Assembly: GCA_022561985.1 (NCBI GenBank)
Contig: JADFQE010000002.1
Location: 697-64,696 of the forward strand
Source of the DNA: Chloroflexota bacterium
Lineage (GTDB): Bacteria; Chloroflexota; Dehalococcoidia; Lucifugimonadales; Australimonadaceae
Reading direction: 5' to 3'
DNA: 64,000 nt
This document shows, in pieces, positions 18,758 through 27,552 of the stretch (position 1 is the stretch's first letter; each line of letters begins with the position of its first letter). A model generated the notes under the pieces. It saw nothing but the letters and a program-made list of their open reading frames with translations, did not search any database and had not been told where the DNA came from. A program made the translations under genes and the position numbers.

Positions 18758-19772
18758 CCACGGTCACGCTCATCACGGGCGGCAGCCCATCGAGCACCCT
18801 CTCGAACGATCGGGCGCCGTCGTGGCTCATCCAGACCGTGCCGTCCGTCATGCCCGTGAACCACAGGTCCGGGTCGTCGGCCGCGGCCGCGAGCCCACGG
18901 GGAACCGCCACGCACGGCTGCGGCAAGCCCTCGGCCGAGACGCGCCAGGTGCGCCCGCCGTCCTCGCTGCGCGCGAAGGCCGACTCTCCGCCGGCGGGGC
19001 GGGTCATCCAGCTCCCAGGGCCCGCCGCCGTCACCGCCGACAGCAGCAGTCCCGGCCGGTCGGGGTGCCCGACCAGCGGCGAGGAGGTGTACCGACGGCC
19101 ATCGAGCCCCTCGTTCGCGGGCTCGAAGTGCGCCCCACGGTCCTCGCTGCGGAACATACCCTTGCCCGTGCTCGCCACCACCACCTCGGGCTCCTCGGCG
19201 CTCACGGCGATGCCGTGGCCGTCGTGGTCCACGCCGTTGTCGATCTGCTCCCACGTCTTCCCGCCGTCCAGGCTCCGGACCGCCCAGCCCTCCTCGATGG
19301 CGCCGTAGACCGCCAGCGGATCCTCCGCGGTGAGCGCCAGGGACTTCAGACGGCTCACGTGCGGCGGCACGGGGCCCGTCCATCCCTTCGTCGTCGGGAT
19401 CCGCTCCAGCCCCTCGCACGCGCTCCAGCTATCGCCCCGGTCGGCGCTCACGAACACGTTCGCCGGGCTCGTGCCGACGAACAGCGTGCCGGTGCGCGGG
19501 TCCTGTGCGATGGACCAGATCGCCTTGTGCACGATCCCCGCGTTGATCTCATCCCACGTCCGCCCGGCGTCCCGGCTGCGGAACATGCCCGAGGTCGTCG
19601 TGCCCGCGTACAGCGTCTCCGGCTCGTCGCAGTCGACGACCACCGCGGCGCGGAAGCCTCCGCTGCCCGCGAAGCCGGCGAGGCGCGCCGAATAGCCCTT
19701 GGCGCCCGGCTCCGCCAGGTACAGCCCGTCGCCGGTGCCCAGGTACAGCGTGTGTCCGTTGGTGGTACTCAT
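18747..19772 (-). CDS. BNR/Asp-box repeat protein (sialidase-fold / Ycf48-like beta-propeller)
   Basis: 341 aa from MSTTNGH.., with RBS GGGAGGGAA. It has repeated SxDxGxTW motifs: SRDAGRTW, SADRGDSW, SLDGGKTW, SEDGGRTW. Confidence 0.8.
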   Translation of the reverse strand: MSTTNGHTLYLGTGDGLYLAEPGAKGYSARLAGFAGSGGFRAAVVVDCDEPETLYAGTTTSGMFRSRDAGRTWDEINAGIVHKAIWSIAQDPRTGTLFVGTSPANVFVSADRGDSWSACEGLERIPTTKGWTGPVPPHVSRLKSLALTAEDPLAVYGAIEEGWAVRSLDGGKTWEQIDNGVDHDGHGIAVSAEEPEVVVASTGKGMFRSEDRGAHFEPANEGLDGRRYTSSPLVGHPDRPGLLLSAVTAAGPGSWMTRPAGGESAFARSEDGGRTWRVSAEGLPQPCVAVPRGLAAAADDPDLWFTGMTDGTVWMSHDGARSFERVLDGLPPVMSVTVARA

Positions 19773-19880
19773 GGGTTCCCTCCCGTCAGCCTCTCGCACC
19801 CTGCCTCTCGTCCGCCGATCATATCGCAGCACGCCCGGCGGGTAGGGGCTCACCCCCACCGCCTCACTCCCCTCACACCC

Positions 19881-20366
19881 TCACTCCTGGACCCGGAGGA
19901 TCTGCCAGAACTCGTCGCGTGTCGCCCGCGCCCGCTCCTCGTCGACCCCGAAGAAGCCGAGGACCCGGCAGCCGATCCCCTCCGGCACCCGCAGCAGACC
20001 CAGCAGGATGTGCTCGGTGCCGATCGGGTACGTCGCGCTGAACAGCGCCGCCTCATCGAGCGCAAGCTCCATGACCGTTCGCGCAGCCCTGGTGTGCGGC
20101 ACGCCCGCATAGTCGACCGTGGCCACGTCCACGCCCTCCACGCTCCTCCCGTGCAGCATGACGAACTCCGTGTGCGCGAGGACGACGGGAAGGTCGATCC
20201 CCATCTTCGCAAGCATCAAGCCGCCGGCGCACGCAGGCTCCTTCAGCACCCCGAGCAGCAGGTGCCCCGTCATCACGCCGGGCCGCTCGATGCGCCCTCC
20301 GGGGCGCGCCTCGACCGCGTGCTCCCACGCCAGCAGCGCGCACCGCCCCATGCGTTCGGTCTCCAC
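19881..20366 (-). CDS. Clp N-terminal (Clp_N / Clp R) domain protein
   Basis: 161 aa with two Clp_N-type repeats, including GTEHILLGLL and GHLLLGVL. Confidence 0.7.
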   Translation of the reverse strand: METERMGRCALLAWEHAVEARPGGRIERPGVMTGHLLLGVLKEPACAGGLMLAKMGIDLPVVLAHTEFVMLHGRSVEGVDVATVDYAGVPHTRAARTVMELALDEAALFSATYPIGTEHILLGLLRVPEGIGCRVLGFFGVDEERARATRDEFWQILRVQE

Positions 20367-20382
20367 GATCGCCGTCCTCCAA

Positions 20383-20532
20383 AACTATGCGCCTACGCTC
20401 TCGCTCCGGCTCCGGACTGAAGCGGCACGCGCTGCTGCGGCCGCCTTGCCGGGCATATCCTCTCGCTTGGCTGTGCGCCTATGCTCCTCAACCCCGCTCA
20501 TCCTGAGCCTGTCGAAGGACGGCTCCGGACGC
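20383..20532 (+). repeat. Intergenic repeat family A, one full plus one truncated unit
   Basis: AAAACTATGCGCCTACGCTCTCGCTCCGGCTCCGGACTGAAGCGGCACGCGCTGCTGCGG...GCTCATCCTGAGCCTGTCGAAGGACGGCTCCGGAC. Confidence 0.85.
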
Positions 20533-20537
20533 GCAGT

Positions 20538-21773
20538 CTACGCCCCTGAACCCTGCGCTCCCGGTTTCACCAGGGTCTCGCGTCCGACGAATGCCAGCAG
20601 CAGGGAGCCTGCGAGCAGGATCGGGGCGTAGGCGATGAAGGGCACGCCAGGATTGAACGCATTGGCGAGGATGCCGCCCACCAGCGGCGCGCCGACGGCC
20701 CCCACCTCCGCGATCGTTCGCCGCGCGGCCTGGAGCCGCCCTCGCGCAGCGGCCGGCACGACGTCGTACGTCGACGTCGCGAGCGAGCCCAGCGACAGCC
20801 CGTTGGCGACGCCCATCACGGACACCAGCACCGCAAGCTGGAGGAACGTGTCCGAGAAGGGGAGCAGCACGAACGCCAGCGCGGGCAGCCCCGTGCTCGG
20901 CACCGTCGCCCACTTGCGCCCTATCTTGTCGATGACGAACCCCGCCGGCACGATCATCGAGAAGATCACGATCCCCGATATCGAGAACAGGAGGCCGATC
21001 TGCGCCGGGGAGAAGCCAAGCTGCGAGCCCGCGTAGAGCGGCAGCATCGCCTGGAGCGTCAGGCGGAACACGAAGCTGCTGAAGGTCGCGAACACCAGCA
21101 CCGCGTAGGTTGCCCGCAGCGGACGCTCGATCTGCTTGAACAGCCCCACCATCGCCTCGACGCGCCGCACCGGCGAGAGCATGCTGCGCAGCGTCGTGGC
21201 CCGGCGCGGCGCGGGCGCCCCGCCACGCGATGGATACGCCTCGTGTGCGACGGTCCCGAGGACGACGGCCACGAGTGCGAGCGCCGCGAACACGACGAAG
21301 ATCGCCTGATACCCGACCCGCTCGGTCAGGATGCCACCCACCAGCGGCCCCATCGCCATCCCGCCCGAGTGGATGCCGTGGAAGCCGCTCATCAGCCGCC
21401 CCCGCTGCCGCAGGGGCACGAGGTCGATCCCCGCGATCTCACGGCCGATCGCCCAGATCACGTCGCCAGCCCCGATCACGAACATCGCGCCGAGCACTAC
21501 CGCGAACGCCGGGACGAGCGCTGCCGCGACGGCCGCCAGCCCCACCATGGCCGGGCCCGCGATCATCGTCCTCCGCGAGCCGAAGCGGTCCACCAAGAAG
21601 CCGCTGGCAGGCGTCCCCACGAACCGGCCGAGGGCGAACGCGGTGATGACCTGCGCGGCCGCGCCCACCGAGACGTCGAACTCCGTGACGAACACCGGTA
21701 TCGCGGGCAGCACCATCGCGAACCCCAGCCCCGAGATCAGCGCGGAGGCGTAGAGCGGTGCGATGGCCCGCAT
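20538..21773 (-). CDS. MFS transporter
   Basis: 411 aa from MRAIAPLYASALISG.., with about 12 TM helices. It has the MFS loop motif GFLVDRFGSRR. Confidence 0.8.
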   Translation of the reverse strand: MRAIAPLYASALISGLGFAMVLPAIPVFVTEFDVSVGAAAQVITAFALGRFVGTPASGFLVDRFGSRRTMIAGPAMVGLAAVAAALVPAFAVVLGAMFVIGAGDVIWAIGREIAGIDLVPLRQRGRLMSGFHGIHSGGMAMGPLVGGILTERVGYQAIFVVFAALALVAVVLGTVAHEAYPSRGGAPAPRRATTLRSMLSPVRRVEAMVGLFKQIERPLRATYAVLVFATFSSFVFRLTLQAMLPLYAGSQLGFSPAQIGLLFSISGIVIFSMIVPAGFVIDKIGRKWATVPSTGLPALAFVLLPFSDTFLQLAVLVSVMGVANGLSLGSLATSTYDVVPAAARGRLQAARRTIAEVGAVGAPLVGGILANAFNPGVPFIAYAPILLAGSLLLAFVGRETLVKPGAQGSGA

Positions 21774-21954
21774 GGTTCGGTTGAGCCGGAGCGTTGCGAT
21801 GGTGTTCCCCGAGCGCGCGCCGAGCGTGCCGGCGCGGCCCGCACAGGCTAGCGCCGGGACGGCCGGCCCACAAGCGCGGTTCGACAGGGCGGGGCGGTTG
21901 CGGGTACGCTCCCCGCGACGCGAGGCATCAGCGGACCCGTACTGGAGGCTTCGT

Positions 21955-22839
21955 TTGGTCCAGCAGAGCAAGCTCACCTACGACCCGGCCGCGCGCTTCG
22001 AGGTCGAGTCCACCGAGGTCGTCTACCGCGACGATGGGCGGACGCCGCTGCCCATGACCGTGTTCAGCCCGCGTCACGATGCCCCGGGGGCGGGCGGCCC
22101 GTTCCCGGCTCTCGTGCGGGTGCACGGCGGCGCGTGGAACGTGGGCGACCGCGCGGGGAACGAGCGCATCGACCGCGCGCTCGCCGAGTGCGGCATGGTC
22201 GTCGCAGCCATCGAGTTCCGCCGCGCGCCCGACCACCCCTATCCCGCGCAGGTCCAGGACACGAACTACGCGGTACGCTGGCTCAAGCTCCACGCGGACG
22301 ACTTCGGGATCGACCCCGCCTGCTTCGGCGGTGCGGGCGATTCGAGCGGCGGGCACACGATGATGCTCAACGCCATGCGGCCCGACGACCCGGCCTACGC
22401 CGCGCTCCCCCTCGACGGCGGGGAGGGCGTGGACGCCTCGGTGGCCTATGTGATCGCCATCTGCTCCGTGCTCGACCCCTACACCCGCTACTTCTACGAC
22501 CGGAGCGACGGGACCCCCGAGAGGGCCAAGCGTGCCGAGGCCTACTTCCTGACGACCGCGGCCATGAAGCAGGCCAACCCGCAGATGATCCTCGAGCGGG
22601 GCGAGCCCGTCCGCCTGCCGCCCGTCCTCATCATCCAGGGTGACACCGACGACAACATACCGAACAACGTACCGCTGATGTTCGAGGAGTCCTACACCGC
22701 GGCGGGGGGCTCGGTCCAGCTCGAATGGTTCCCCGGCATGGCCCACCAGTTCGCCCGCCAGGCAGGCCCCGAGTCCGACCGCGCCATCGAGATCATGCGC
22801 TCGTTCATCGCGCGGCAGATCGGCGCGTGGGCCGCATAG
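21955..22839 (+). CDS. Alpha/beta hydrolase (fold-3, esterase/lipase HSL-like)
   Basis: It has the oxyanion motif VHGGAW and the nucleophile elbow GDSSGGH. The proposed start is the TTG at 21955, preceded by GGAGG. The ORF limit is 21763, so the start is uncertain. Confidence 0.7.
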   Translation: MVQQSKLTYDPAARFEVESTEVVYRDDGRTPLPMTVFSPRHDAPGAGGPFPALVRVHGGAWNVGDRAGNERIDRALAECGMVVAAIEFRRAPDHPYPAQVQDTNYAVRWLKLHADDFGIDPACFGGAGDSSGGHTMMLNAMRPDDPAYAALPLDGGEGVDASVAYVIAICSVLDPYTRYFYDRSDGTPERAKRAEAYFLTTAAMKQANPQMILERGEPVRLPPVLIIQGDTDDNIPNNVPLMFEESYTAAGGSVQLEWFPGMAHQFARQAGPESDRAIEIMRSFIARQIGAWAA

Positions 22840-22889
22840 TCGCGGGCCGGGGCCACCGAAGCTACGCAACGCAGCCAAAGGAGAAGACG

Positions 22890-23510
22890 ATGAGCTACAA
22901 GGCGCTCGACCCGGACAAGACGGCCCTCCTGTTCTTCGACATGCTGAACCAGTACCACACCAACGATGAGCCCCTCGTGCTCAACTGCGTGCGGCTGCGG
23001 GAAGCGGCCGACGCGCACGGCATCCCTGTCTTCTTCGCCATGGCCGACCACCGTCCCGACGGCGCGGACGCAGCCACCCTGTATACGGACACGGGCTACG
23101 GCCTCGAACCCTGGCCCGACCCCGAGCACGGTGCGGGAGGCGTGCGCCGGGCGATGGTCTCCGGCAGCAAGGAGATCCAGGTCATCGACGCGCTCGCGCC
23201 GAAGTCGGAGGACTACGTCATCAAGAAGCACCGGTGGAGCGCCTTCCACCAGACGAGCCTGGAGCTGAGCCTCCGGACGCGCGGCGTGGACACCATCGTG
23301 CTGTGCGGCGGCTCGACGCGCATCGGCATCGGCAGCACGGCCTACAGCGCGCGGGACCTCGACTTCAACCTCGTCATCGTCCGCGACTGCTGCTCCGACT
23401 CGCTCGAGGACACCATGGCGCAGTACATGGAGCGCGTTTTCCCGGTGATGGCACGCGTGCGGACGGCCGATGAGACGATTGCCATGATGGACGCGGGCAA
23501 GGCGGGCTAG
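22890..23510 (+). CDS. Isochorismatase-like (cysteine hydrolase fold) protein
   Basis: 206 aa with RBS AAAGGAG. It has ..LLFFDMLN.., ..KKHRWSAF.. and ..VLCGGSTRIGIGSTAYSARD.. The position usually holding the catalytic Cys appears to be Gly. Confidence 0.7.
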   Translation: MSYKALDPDKTALLFFDMLNQYHTNDEPLVLNCVRLREAADAHGIPVFFAMADHRPDGADAATLYTDTGYGLEPWPDPEHGAGGVRRAMVSGSKEIQVIDALAPKSEDYVIKKHRWSAFHQTSLELSLRTRGVDTIVLCGGSTRIGIGSTAYSARDLDFNLVIVRDCCSDSLEDTMAQYMERVFPVMARVRTADETIAMMDAGKAG

Positions 23511-23642
23511 TGCCCCGCGGGCCAATGCATCGCGCCCCGACGGCCCGATAGTGCGTTGACAACGCTATAGGGAGAGGGGATAGCATAGGAGCGGCCTGGC
23601 GCAAGCCTGCGCTGTGAGCCGGGATCGGAAGGGTATCGAGAG

Positions 23643-25835
23643 GTGTGGATGATGCGGAGAGCAGGTCAGGGACGGATGCGATTGTTCATCACCATCGCCG
23701 GTGTGCTCATGGTGGCGCTGGCGCTCAGCGGCGTGACCGCCGCCGCAGGTCCACCCACCGACCGAGGCCCGGCGACGCACATCGTGGTCTTCAACGACGG
23801 CGTCGACGCTGACGCCGCGTCTCAGGACCTGGCCCAGGCGCACGGCCTCGTCCGTGAGTTCGTCTACAGCCAGGCCCTCAACGGCGCCTCCTTCATCGTC
23901 CCGCCGGGCCGGGTGGCAGCCATCGAGAGCGACCCCCGCGTCGCGTTCATCGAGCGCAACCAGATCGTCAAGGCATTCGCTCAGGAGCTCCCGACCGGGG
24001 TCGACCGCATCGACGCCGCGCTGAGCTCGACGGCCAACATCGACGGCGCCGACGACCGGGTGGACGTCGACATCGCGATCATCGATACCGGGATCGACCT
24101 CGATCATCCCGACCTGAACGTCGTTGCATCCATCAACTGCGCCAGGGGCGGACCCTTCGGCGGCGGCTGCAAGGGGGGCGGCGACGACGGCAACGGCCAC
24201 GGCACGCACGTCGCGGGCACCGCCGCGGCCCTGGACAACGGCATCGGCGTCGTGGGCGTTGCCCCGGGCGCCCGCCTCTGGGCCGTGCGGGTGCTGGACA
24301 ACAGCGGCTCCGGATGGATGTCTTGGATCGTCGGCGGCATCGACTGGGTGACCGCCAACGCAGACCAGATCGACGTCGCCAACATGAGCCTGGGCTGCGC
24401 GTGTGACAGCGCGGCGCTCGATGCCGCCATCGCGGGCTCGGTCGCCGCGGGCGTCGTGTACACGGTGGCAGCGGGCAACAGCGGGAGCGACGCCGCGGGC
24501 TACAGCCCGGCCAACCACCCGGACGTGATCACCGTCTCGGCCATCGCCGACTTCGACGGCCAGGGAGGTGCGCTGGCCGCAACGACCTGCCGGAGCGACG
24601 CTGGCTCCGACGACACCTTCGCCACCTTCAGCAACGACGGCTCGCTGATCGAGATCGCCGCGCCCGGCGTGTGCATCCTCTCGACGTGGAACGACGGAGG
24701 GTACAACACGATCAGCGGCACCAGCATGGCCTCGCCGCACGCGGCTGGCGCTGCGGCGCTGTACATCGCCGCCAGCGGCACGGTTGCCGATGGGGCGGGG
24801 GCCGCCGCGGTACGCGATGCCCTGATCGCCGCGGGGACGCCCCAGGGCGACGCCGACGGCTTCACCGGCGACACCGATGGCCACGCCGAGCCCCTCCTGA
24901 ACGTCGGCGACACGGCAGCCGAGCCCGACACTGCTGGGCCAGTGATCTCCAACGTGGCAGCCGGCAATATCACCGACACCTCGGCTGACATCACCTGGGG
25001 CACGGACGAGGCCAGCGACAGCGTCGTGAACTATGGCACCACCACGGACCTGGGGTCCAACGCCTCGGTGGGTGGCCTGGTGACCAGCCACCTGGTGGGT
25101 CTGAGCGGGCTGACCGCCGAGACGACCTATTACTACGAGGTGCAATCCACGGACAGCAGCGGCAACTCCGCCACCGATGATAATGGCGGGAGCTACTACA
25201 CCTTCACCACCGCTGCGGCAGATACGACTGGGCCGGTGATTTCCAACGTGGCAGCCGGCAATATCACCGATACCTCGGCCGACATCACCTGGGACACCGA
25301 CGAGGCCAGCGACAGCGTCGTGAACTACGGCACCACCACGGCCCTGGGGTCCAACGCCTCGGTGACTGGCCTGGTGACCAGCCACCTCGTGGGCCTGAGC
25401 GGGCTGACCACCGGGACAACCTACTACTACGAGGTGCAGTCCACCGACAGTAGCGGCAACCCCTCCACTGATGACAATGGCGAGAGCTACTACACCTTCG
25501 TCACCGCTGCGGCGCCTGCTGAAGCCTCAACCGTGAGCGTTGGCTCGATCACCTACGCGACTAGCGGCGGAAAGAACCGCGATAAGCACCTGCTCATCAC
25601 CGTGGCCCTTGTGGATGACCTGGGCAACCCGGCCTCCAATGCTTCCGTGACCATCGACCTGTTCCGCGACGGAAGTTTCGTCGCCTCAGGCACGGGGACC
25701 ACGGGCGAGGCGGGGACACTGACCTTCACGCTCAACAATGCCGCATCGGGCTGCTACGAGACAACCGTCACCGATGTGAGCGCAGGTACGCTGACCTGGG
25801 ATGGCGCCACTCCGGCCAACGGACTCTGTAAGTAG
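23643..25835 (+). CDS. Secreted subtilisin-like serine protease (peptidase S8) with I9 propeptide, two tandem FN3-like domains and a C-terminal beta-rich domain
   Basis: The signal peptide is MRLFITIAGVLMVALALSGVTAAAG. The catalytic triad motifs are AIIDTGID (Asp), GHGTHVAG (His) and GTSMASPHAAG (Ser). A 98-aa unit is duplicated. Confidence 0.85.
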   Translation: MWMMRRAGQGRMRLFITIAGVLMVALALSGVTAAAGPPTDRGPATHIVVFNDGVDADAASQDLAQAHGLVREFVYSQALNGASFIVPPGRVAAIESDPRVAFIERNQIVKAFAQELPTGVDRIDAALSSTANIDGADDRVDVDIAIIDTGIDLDHPDLNVVASINCARGGPFGGGCKGGGDDGNGHGTHVAGTAAALDNGIGVVGVAPGARLWAVRVLDNSGSGWMSWIVGGIDWVTANADQIDVANMSLGCACDSAALDAAIAGSVAAGVVYTVAAGNSGSDAAGYSPANHPDVITVSAIADFDGQGGALAATTCRSDAGSDDTFATFSNDGSLIEIAAPGVCILSTWNDGGYNTISGTSMASPHAAGAAALYIAASGTVADGAGAAAVRDALIAAGTPQGDADGFTGDTDGHAEPLLNVGDTAAEPDTAGPVISNVAAGNITDTSADITWGTDEASDSVVNYGTTTDLGSNASVGGLVTSHLVGLSGLTAETTYYYEVQSTDSSGNSATDDNGGSYYTFTTAAADTTGPVISNVAAGNITDTSADITWDTDEASDSVVNYGTTTALGSNASVTGLVTSHLVGLSGLTTGTTYYYEVQSTDSSGNPSTDDNGESYYTFVTAAAPAEASTVSVGSITYATSGGKNRDKHLLITVALVDDLGNPASNASVTIDLFRDGSFVASGTGTTGEAGTLTFTLNNAASGCYETTVTDVSAGTLTWDGATPANGLCK

Positions 25836-25848
25836 CCGACTGAGCGGT

Positions 25849-25891
25849 ACAAAGAAGCCGTCAGGACTCGTTGTCCTGGCGGCTTCTTTGT
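25849..25891. terminator. Bidirectional hairpin between convergent genes
   Basis: ACAAAGAAGCCG-TCAGGAC-TCGTT-GTCCTGG-CGGCTTCTTTGT. The outer stem is a perfect 12 bp and the inner stem is 6 bp. Confidence 0.6.
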
Positions 25892-25926
25892 GGCTGAGGC
25901 CGTGGGCGGTCCGCACGGACGAGCGG

Positions 25927-27441
25927 CTACATCTGGAAGACCAGCGACTTCACCGTCACCGGCACGGTCCCCGACGGCTCCAGCACCGTCCCCAGGTCGA
26001 TGTAATCGAAGTCTCGTAGCTCGATCCCGTCGATGGACAGGATGTCGTTCCCAAGGCCGAAGTCGTCCTTGAGGATCGTGCCGACGAGCCCCCCCAGGTC
26101 GCGGTCGAACACGAGGTAGATGGGCTTTCCGCCTTTGATCGTGCCGGGCAGACCGGCGATCAGCCCGCGGCAGAAGGCGGCGATCCGAGCCGCGGCGGGC
26201 GGCCCGTCCCACCGGAACACCAGCGCGACCTCCGCCTCTCCCTCCTCGAGGTCGAAGGTGCGGAAGTGGTGCAGCACCCGCGCCGCGACGGCCTCCGGGT
26301 CGATGTCCCCGCTCAGGTCGACGTCGGGCCGCAGCACCTGGAGGTTCTTGCGCGGGAGCAGCACGTCGGCCGAGCGATAGAGCGTGTTGCCGCTCACCTG
26401 CACGGTGTACTGCGAGGCGCCCATGACCGTGGCGCGGATGCGCTCCGCCGCCGCCTCGAGCGGCCAGGAGAGCGCGCCGTCGGCGATCCGCGCCCGGAGC
26501 GCGGCCCCCATCGCTGCGCCGAGGTCCCCGAAGGATGCCGGCTCCTGGCCGTAGACGTACTCGCCCACGCCGCCGGAGAACACGATCGCGTCGTACTCCT
26601 TCGGCCCCTCAAGCGGCTCCGTGAGCCAGAGCGCCGCTATCTCGGCGGCCGGCTTCTCGTCGCGGATCAGCGCCAGGATGGCCGAGGCCATGTGGACCGC
26701 CACGCGCTCGATCTCCTCGGCCGGCGGCTTGTCGCCGAGGTTCCAGGCCAAGCCTGCCTGAGCGGCGAGGGTCTGTCCTCCCGGCTCGAGGATGGTGATG
26801 GCGCCGGCCTCGTCGGTCGCCATCAGGCGGCCGCCGACGTGCAGCGCCGCGGTGCCCAGCACGCGGCCACGCTCGGCCACCGCGAGCTTGGTCGTGCCGC
26901 CTCCGATGTCGACGTTGAGCACGCGGCACCCCCGCTTGGCGGAGAGCGCCACGGCGCCCGAGCCGTGGGCGGCCAGCAGCGCCTCGAAGTTGTGGCCGGC
27001 GCTCGCGCAGACGAAGTTGCCGCTCCGCTCGGCGAACAGGTCCGCGATGGCGCGGGCGTTGTCCCGCCGGATCGCCTCGCCGGTCAGGATGATGGCGCCC
27101 GTATCCACGCCGTCCGGCGCGATGCCCGCGTCGGCGTAGGCCGTGGCGACGAGCTGCCCGAGGGCGTCGTCGTCGATGCGCTCACGGTTGGGCGTATACG
27201 GCGTGAACCAGACGGGCGAGCGGTAGAGGGTCGTGCGCTCGACGACGACGAAGCGGCTGGAGAGCTCCAGGCCGAGCCTGCGGAGCACGAGCTTCGAGAA
27301 GATGATCTGCGAGGTCGCGGTGCCGACGTCGATGCCCACGCTGGTGAGCGTGATCGTATCGAGCTTCCAGAGGGGGTGCTCCTCCTCCTGCTCGTACAGG
27401 TCGTCGCCGTCGTGATCGTGCTCGCCTGGGTCGTCGTGCAT
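25927..27441 (-). CDS. eutA: EutA-like protein (ethanolamine ammonia-lyase reactivase family, ASKHA ATPase fold), orphan
   Basis: 504 aa from MHDDPGEH.., with GGAG upstream. It contains TSVGIDVGTATSQIIFSKL.., ..GAIILTGEA.., ..VLNVDIGGGTTK.. and the C-terminal ..YIDLGTVLEPSGTVPVTVKSLVF. These parallel enterobacterial EutA end to end. Confidence 0.75.
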   Translation of the reverse strand: MHDDPGEHDHDGDDLYEQEEEHPLWKLDTITLTSVGIDVGTATSQIIFSKLVLRRLGLELSSRFVVVERTTLYRSPVWFTPYTPNRERIDDDALGQLVATAYADAGIAPDGVDTGAIILTGEAIRRDNARAIADLFAERSGNFVCASAGHNFEALLAAHGSGAVALSAKRGCRVLNVDIGGGTTKLAVAERGRVLGTAALHVGGRLMATDEAGAITILEPGGQTLAAQAGLAWNLGDKPPAEEIERVAVHMASAILALIRDEKPAAEIAALWLTEPLEGPKEYDAIVFSGGVGEYVYGQEPASFGDLGAAMGAALRARIADGALSWPLEAAAERIRATVMGASQYTVQVSGNTLYRSADVLLPRKNLQVLRPDVDLSGDIDPEAVAARVLHHFRTFDLEEGEAEVALVFRWDGPPAAARIAAFCRGLIAGLPGTIKGGKPIYLVFDRDLGGLVGTILKDDFGLGNDILSIDGIELRDFDYIDLGTVLEPSGTVPVTVKSLVFQM

Positions 27442-27552
27442 CGGTTGCTCCACACCGCTTGTGGGGTGACGCAGCACCGAGCGGACCCCAGGAGTAAAAG
27501 GGCTCCGCTCGGTCCTGTGATCTCGGTCGGTTGCTGGAAGACCGGCTCCGGC

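Noticed and set aside
25927-27441. An ethanolamine utilisation (eut) operon.
   Set aside because: Only the EutA-like gene is present. No eutB, eutC, microcompartment shell or other eut genes are in the window.
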